From Azolla caroliniana (Eukaryota > Plantae > Polypodiophyta): a stretch of 64,000 nt of DNA. Numbering within the stretch: the stretch's first letter is position 1; each line of letters begins with the position of its first letter. The notes beneath the pieces were generated by a model. It saw only the letters and a program-made list of their open reading frames with translations. It had not been told where the DNA came from and searched no databases. The DNA is taken from positions 21,080,001 to 21,144,000 of the forward strand of contig JBHGNT010000012.1 of the NCBI GenBank assembly GCA_043228905.1, read 5' to 3'. Made by a program: the position numbers and the translations under genes. Shown here piece by piece: positions 58,287 through 64,000 of this stretch.

Positions 58287-59750
58287 ATGGCTTCTGTGGA
58301 CCTGTCAAGGATTGGCCTCGCAGGTCTGGCTGTGATGGGCCAAAACTTGGCTTTAAACATAGCTGAAAAAGGTTTCCCGATTTCTGTATACAACCGTTCA
58401 ACCAACAAAGTTGATGATACTGTGGAAAGGGCCAAAGAAGAAGGGGAGCTTCCCCTCAAAGGTTTCCATGACCCCAAGGATTTTGTGCTTTCTATCCAGA
58501 AGCCAAGATCTGTGATCATTCTTGTGAAAGCAGGATCTCCAGTTGATCAAACAATTGCTACTCTTTCAAATTACCTGGAACCTGGTGATTGTATAGTGGA
58601 TGGAGGTAATGAATGGTATGAAAATACTGAAAGGAGAGCGAAACAAGTGGCTGAGAAGGGGCTTCTGTATCTCGGAATGGGTGTTTCTGGAGGTGAAGAA
58701 GGTGCCCGCTATGGCCCTTCTTTGATGCCTGGAGGATCTTTAGAAGCTTATAACTACATTGAAGATGTTGTGAAGAAAGTCGCTGCCCAAGTGGATGATG
58801 GACCTTGTGTCACATATGTGGGTGATGGTGGGGCTGGAAACTTTGTTAAGATGGTTCATAATGGCATTGAGTATGGTGATATGCAGCTTATTTCGGAGGC
58901 ATATGATGTATTAAAAAGTGTGGGAGGGCTATCTAATGAGGAAATCGCAAACACCTTTGCAGAGTGGAATAGAGGAGAGCTCGAAAGCTTTCTTGTAGAG
59001 ATCACAGCTGATATTTTCACGGTAAAAGATGACCTTGCTGAAGGTGAACTCGTCGATAAGATCCTTGATAAAACTGGCATGAAGGGAACGGGTAAGTGGA
59101 CGGTTCAACAAGCTGCTGAGCTTTCCATAGCTGCGCCAACCATAGCTGCATCTTTAGATTCTCGCTTCCTGAGTGGATTGAAAGAAGAGAGAGAAGTGGC
59201 CGCCAAGATCTTCAAAGAGAATGGTCTAACTGATGTATTAACCTCCAAGACAGTGGATAAGAAACAACTAATCGATGATGTCCGCAAAGCTCTCTATGCA
59301 TCCAAGATATGTAGCTATGCACAAGGCATGAATCTCTTAAGAGCAAAGAGTGTTGAGAAATCATGGAATTTGAATCTAGGCGAGCTTGCTCGTATATGGA
59401 AAGGCGGATGCATAATTCGGGCAGTGTTTTTGGATCGTATCAAGAAGGCATATGATCGCAACCCTAAGCTAGCTAGCCTTCTTGTCGATCCAGAATTTGC
59501 AAAAGAGATGGTTGAAAGGCAATCGGCTTGGAGAAGAGTAGTGGGTTTAGCTATTAGCATGGGGATTAGTACTCCTGGTATGAGTGCGAGTTTGGCTTAT
59601 TTTGATTCTTATCGTCGTGCTCGGTTACCCGCTAATCTTGTCCAAGCCCAGAGAGATTACTTTGGAGCTCATACGTATGAAAGGACTGATCGGCCGGGTG
59701 CTTATCACACGGAATGGGCTAAATTAGCTCGCAAATCAAAGGGCAATTGA
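58287..59750 (+). CDS. PGD: 6-phosphogluconate dehydrogenase, decarboxylating (487 aa), intronless CDS
   Basis: IGLAGLAVMGQNLALN, DGGNEWY, VKMVHNGIEYGDMQLI, KGTGKWT, QAQRDYFGAHTYER. Confidence 0.98.
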   Translation: MASVDLSRIGLAGLAVMGQNLALNIAEKGFPISVYNRSTNKVDDTVERAKEEGELPLKGFHDPKDFVLSIQKPRSVIILVKAGSPVDQTIATLSNYLEPGDCIVDGGNEWYENTERRAKQVAEKGLLYLGMGVSGGEEGARYGPSLMPGGSLEAYNYIEDVVKKVAAQVDDGPCVTYVGDGGAGNFVKMVHNGIEYGDMQLISEAYDVLKSVGGLSNEEIANTFAEWNRGELESFLVEITADIFTVKDDLAEGELVDKILDKTGMKGTGKWTVQQAAELSIAAPTIAASLDSRFLSGLKEEREVAAKIFKENGLTDVLTSKTVDKKQLIDDVRKALYASKICSYAQGMNLLRAKSVEKSWNLNLGELARIWKGGCIIRAVFLDRIKKAYDRNPKLASLLVDPEFAKEMVERQSAWRRVVGLAISMGISTPGMSASLAYFDSYRRARLPANLVQAQRDYFGAHTYERTDRPGAYHTEWAKLARKSKGN

Positions 59751-61195
59751 GTTTCTGGACCTGAAATTGCTCACAAATAGATTGAAATGTGAATCAAATA
59801 GCAAGTTGGAGAGCAATTGTGTTTGCAAATCAAATAGCAATTGGGTTAGAGTGAAAATTGAGATGAGCAAAAGTGATACAGAGAAGACCAATGATTACAT
59901 GCCACATGATTTCATAGTGAATAATTATAAAGGGCTTTGACCAAAGTTTTTATGTTTTTGGGCTTTGCCTTTTTTCCTAGAGATTTATTGAAGATTAGGG
60001 TAATTTTGTTAGATTTGCAGCACTTTGCAGAGTGCTCTGATTCTTCAGAAACTTTTATGTATTTGTAAGTTGTGACCATGATTCGGGCAAATAAATTGAG
60101 CCATCTCTTTTAATTTTCATTATTACATTCCTTCTAGAAGTGTATACAGTTCTTGGATTTGTGAATGATTTAGAACACTAGAAAGGAGGTTCTTTTTTTA
60201 CTTCTTTACACAGTCTGCTGTGTTTCCCTTCTGTAGACATGTAATTTTTTTTGAATGTTTGCATGATATGCTTGTCCTACAATTCTTCATTTATAACTCA
60301 AGAAACTAGTAAAAATTTGTCTTCCAGTGATTGTAGTTTGATTTAGCAGTCTCTGCATTGGAATTTACTTTGGTATCAGAAGGGAAGAACTCCAAAATTT
60401 GATAATGGAACAGTGAAAAGAACCTCTCGTTAGGACATTGCTTTTCTACCACAACAAAGGAAAGACTGGATCTGAATTGTCATGACCAACTGCTACATTT
60501 AACTAAGAAAAGTATGTTTGGTTTCTGAGCGTTGGAAATCTTAGAATGTTGGGGAGGAGACATTTAATGGAAGAAGAAAGGAGTGTCCCTATTACAATAT
60601 GTTTTCCATGAAATGAATCACGAAGAGGGAGGTTGCAAAATTCCTTGCTGTGCACTAGAACTAGAACACATATAGTCCGATGGCCACCCCAAACAAAACC
60701 CCCTTAAACATGCCAGCAAATCCAAGACATGAACAGCCATTGAACCAATCCTTGTTTGTTTTTGAAAGAAGGTTTGTTAATAGCTGGTTCAAGGGGTTGT
60801 CTTTTACAGGGAAGGCAAGCCCCTTTCATTTCAATGGAGTGCCTTCAAGATGGGGGCTCATGGCCTTGTAAAATAAGGCCAATCCGTTATATCCATTTTA
60901 TTATCACTCCAGGAGGAAATATTAGTATCTTCATTGAGTTAACATGCAAAGAGCCAATACAAATATGAATAAGGATCAAAACATCCAAACAATACCTTAT
61001 AACTAGTTAGAGACATTGATGATGCCAGATGCATCTTATTGCTTTATATCATGTATCAACATTTCTTAGTAATCACAGCACAAAGAATTTGGATTGGAAT
61101 AGATGGGTGCATGACAATGCACATCTATTTCAGAAGCTAATAACACAATAACATTCTTCACAGAAATATAATTATCAAAAACAACAAGACAATTG

Positions 61196-61385
61196 GAAAA
61201 CTATCAATGTAACCACCTTTTTTGCAGTATGCTTAAATATCATACTAAAGTGCACCAACTTTATGATAAATTTGAGGAAGCTGAGACAATCAGAAAACTA
61301 TCAATGTGACCACCTTTTTTGCAGTATTCTTAAATATCATACTAAAGAGCACCAACTTTATGATAAATTTGAGGAAGCCGAGATA
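61196..61385. repeat. ~97-bp tandem duplication between the convergent PGD and AMP1-like genes
   Basis: GAAAACTATCAATGT..ATAAATTTGAGGAAGC occurs at 61196 and 61293. Confidence 0.8.
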
Positions 61386-61712
61386 TAAAATGATAAATTT
61401 GAGTTTGGGGAGGCTGGAATGTCTAAATGTATGACAATATATGGCTCCAAACCTTTGTGATGTACAACTATAGGGGATTTCGAGATGTGGCAAAAACAGG
61501 ATAGGGGAAGAGGTTTTACATCCCTCTTTCCATTACAAGAGCAAACTTGGTTCTAGACAGTGAAATTAATCTAACCCTCATCATCTAAAGTGACAAATTT
61601 CCTTACCATTCCAATAGATATCACTATCTATTGTTGACTACTGAATATTGATTGCATAATATATTAATTTGTAAGGTAGAAGCGAGAATTTCTATATGGC
61701 AACACCAAAGGT

Positions 61713-63799
61713 TCATGTAAGTTTCCCTTTGATCACCAGACTAGCTCTCTCAACAGCTCGAGTCACTCTCCAAATCTCATGTTGCACTGGTGCCCAATCT
61801 TTCACTCCATCGCTCTCTTTGACGTCCGATATAGCATCATAAACCCCAGGGAAATAAGAAACTGCGTATTCATTTGCCTTAGACGGTCCGAATACCTGTA
61901 AACCCCAAATGTGATAAACCCAAGAATCCTATTCATATGCTAGATTCAAGAAATATAAAGGCTTCTAGAAATCAAAGATTTTGGAATGGTCAAGTTTAGG
62001 TTTTCAGATTTAGGCTTTTATTCACTAAATCCTAAAATATAATTTCCCAAAATAGTCAAATAAGGTTTAGAAGATGTCTCGGAAACCTAAGATCTATCCA
62101 AAAGATATAATGAGGCCAATGAAATTGGCTCTAGTTGGTCAAACAAATAGGTTAAATGAGAGAAAAACCGCATAATATTTTTGGCTATTTTATGAAAATA
62201 CCCCTTGATTTTGAAAAGTTACCAGAATATTCCTTTCCTTGGTTTTCAATATTTGCATTATTTGTGAAGGGTATTTTGGTAAATTTTTGAAAACCAATGA
62301 GGGGGGTTATTCTATGAAGCAAATACCTAAAATGTTTGGCAGGGCCAAGTCGGTAATTTGAATGCTTTCTTCCCAAAAAAAATTATTTTTTTCTATATTT
62401 CTTTCAATAAAATCTATGATCTTTGAAAACGAGGATGGATGCCCAACCAGATGTTTGTGCCACACTCTTCCTTTCAGCCCATTAGTATCCAAGAAAGCTC
62501 TTTCCACAAGAGAAAGTCGGTCATTCAAGACCTGCGATCTCATCATTAGTTCTATCGAACTCTCCACATCCACCTTTTGCCTCAAAAACATCTGTAAAAT
62601 TTATACCAAAACTTGAACTCTAATACTCTGAAAAGTATCCCTAAACTTTTAACTCACACAATGTATGAACTTTTTTTGCAATTGCATTTGTTAAGTGATT
62701 CTGCAGAATACCTCTACTTCTCGTGTTGTTTGGGCTACAGAGTCCTTGAAAAGCTCAATAGATGAGAGTAGCGGTGCTACTGTAACATTCACAGTGGGTC
62801 CATAGCTTGCTAGCTTTTGCTCAACTTCTTGTGTATAAGCCTAAAACCAAAACCTTTCAATGACTATTTACATGCATGGTAAGAGAAACCTTCCATGGCC
62901 GTCAGTAACCAAAGTATATATTTTGAAGATGACCTTAAGCTCATCTGCATATCCTTCATAGTGAAATGGAAGAATTAAATCATCAGCTAAACGTAGTCCC
63001 ACAAGACCCCATATTGTCGAAGCTACAACAAAGCAAGAAAAGTGTTTTCACATAAGTTTATACACGTTCATAGATAGCATGCATGCATCCATCCATCCAT
63101 CCATAAGTTGCACATAATGTGCATAAACCCTATGGTACATGTACCCTACAGCCAGAAAGGTAGTTGTAAAAACCTCAATGACTATGAGGTTCTAGTAGCC
63201 GGTGGGTGGGAACTATAATGATGCATAAATGAGTACTAGACTGCATCTTATATCTGTCTATAGTCTTGGTGTGTCTCCCCATGATATCTGATTGCTTGAA
63301 TTGAGTAGAATTGCTCTCTTTTCCATGAGATATATTTTGTCGTAACGGACAATATGGTATATTATTTCCCACGAACTAGGTTCAGAAATGTTAAGCTCTC
63401 TTGAAAAGTTTCAACATGTCCTTTTACTTCTGCTCTATTGAACAGGACATTGAGCCATTTCCTTCTATTGGTTCCACACATAATAATAAATAGCATGCCC
63501 GTGTTTATAATTTTGAGTGTATAATCCATGGAACCTTCTTACCTGCGGTAATACGCTTGAATGCTGGATCACCAAACTTTTTGATCCAATCAAAACTATC
63601 ATATAAAGTGTGATATACAGGATAATCTGGCAGATAGGGTATTGAAAGTTAGTATTATAGGGTACTGAAAGAGCCTTGGAATATATACAGCACAAAATCA
63701 ATCAGCTTGACCTTTGCCAAAGTACATATCTGCAGAAGGGACCCCGATATGTTGAAGGAATGCGGTGAAGTCAGAACCACCACCACCCAACCGAGATAC
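61713..63799 (-). CDS. Glutamate carboxypeptidase II family (AMP1/LAMP1-like), last six exons; gene continues beyond window
   Basis: Exons 63799-63712 (RLGGGGSDFTAFLQHIGVPS), 63626-63543 (YPVYHTLYDSFDWIKKFGDP), 63022-62934 (IWGLVGLRLADDLILPF), 62840-62712, 62591-62448 (LNDRLSLVERAFLD..WHKHL) and 61895-61713 (VFGPS..FPGV..VQHEIWRV). GT..AG introns with consistent phases. Confidence 0.93.
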
Positions 63800-64000
63800 C
63801 TGAAGATTGTAAGAAAAGAAAAAACTGTGTAACCCATTTTATTTAGAGATTTATGTACTCCAGCTCAACCTCAAAGCACGGATAGCTTGTATATGACACA
63901 ACCCTTGCAAAATAATCACTTGAAGTTTATATGAATATTAGCAATTTATGGTCAATTATCCTTTCATTGCACTATTTTTTATGTTTTACATATTAACTTT

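Noticed and set aside
59730-59750. Peroxisomal PTS1 on PGD
   Set aside because: The protein ends SKGN, not an SKL-type tripeptide.

Overview
Eukaryotic land-plant genomic DNA. The TE complement suggests a non-seed plant such as a fern or lycophyte (inference). Bases 1-43.5 kb form one nest of transposable elements, six layers deep: old Copia > non-autonomous Gypsy derivative > Athila/Selgy-like Gypsy A > related Gypsy B > a 17.2-kb DNA transposon > very young Copia. Four insertions are bounded by exact target-site duplications. After the nest come a decayed LINE with a solo LTR (44.6-47.6 kb) and three host genes: an intronless MCTP/QUIRKY-like gene, a 6-phosphogluconate dehydrogenase, and the 3' exons of an AMP1/LAMP1-like glutamate carboxypeptidase. 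Two things stand out. (1) A giant Sola2-type DNA transposon (7481-24714; 25-bp GGG...CCC TIRs; 4-bp TSD ATGG; about 11.9 kb without the Copia). It carries an intact spliced 863-aa transposase, two accessory genes (a RING-H2-like protein and an FCP1/HAD-like pseudo-phosphatase), and introns filled with arrays of the palindrome TAGCTAATTAGCTA that also sits just inside both TIRs. This layout recalls VANDAL/VANC anti-silencing transposons. (2) Two related Gypsy elements with no polypurine tract next to the 3' LTR. Instead they have a conserved tRNA-3'-end-like sequence (an inverted second PBS), suggesting tRNA priming of both cDNA strands. All coordinates were read by eye, and family assignments rest on recalled motifs, not database searches.
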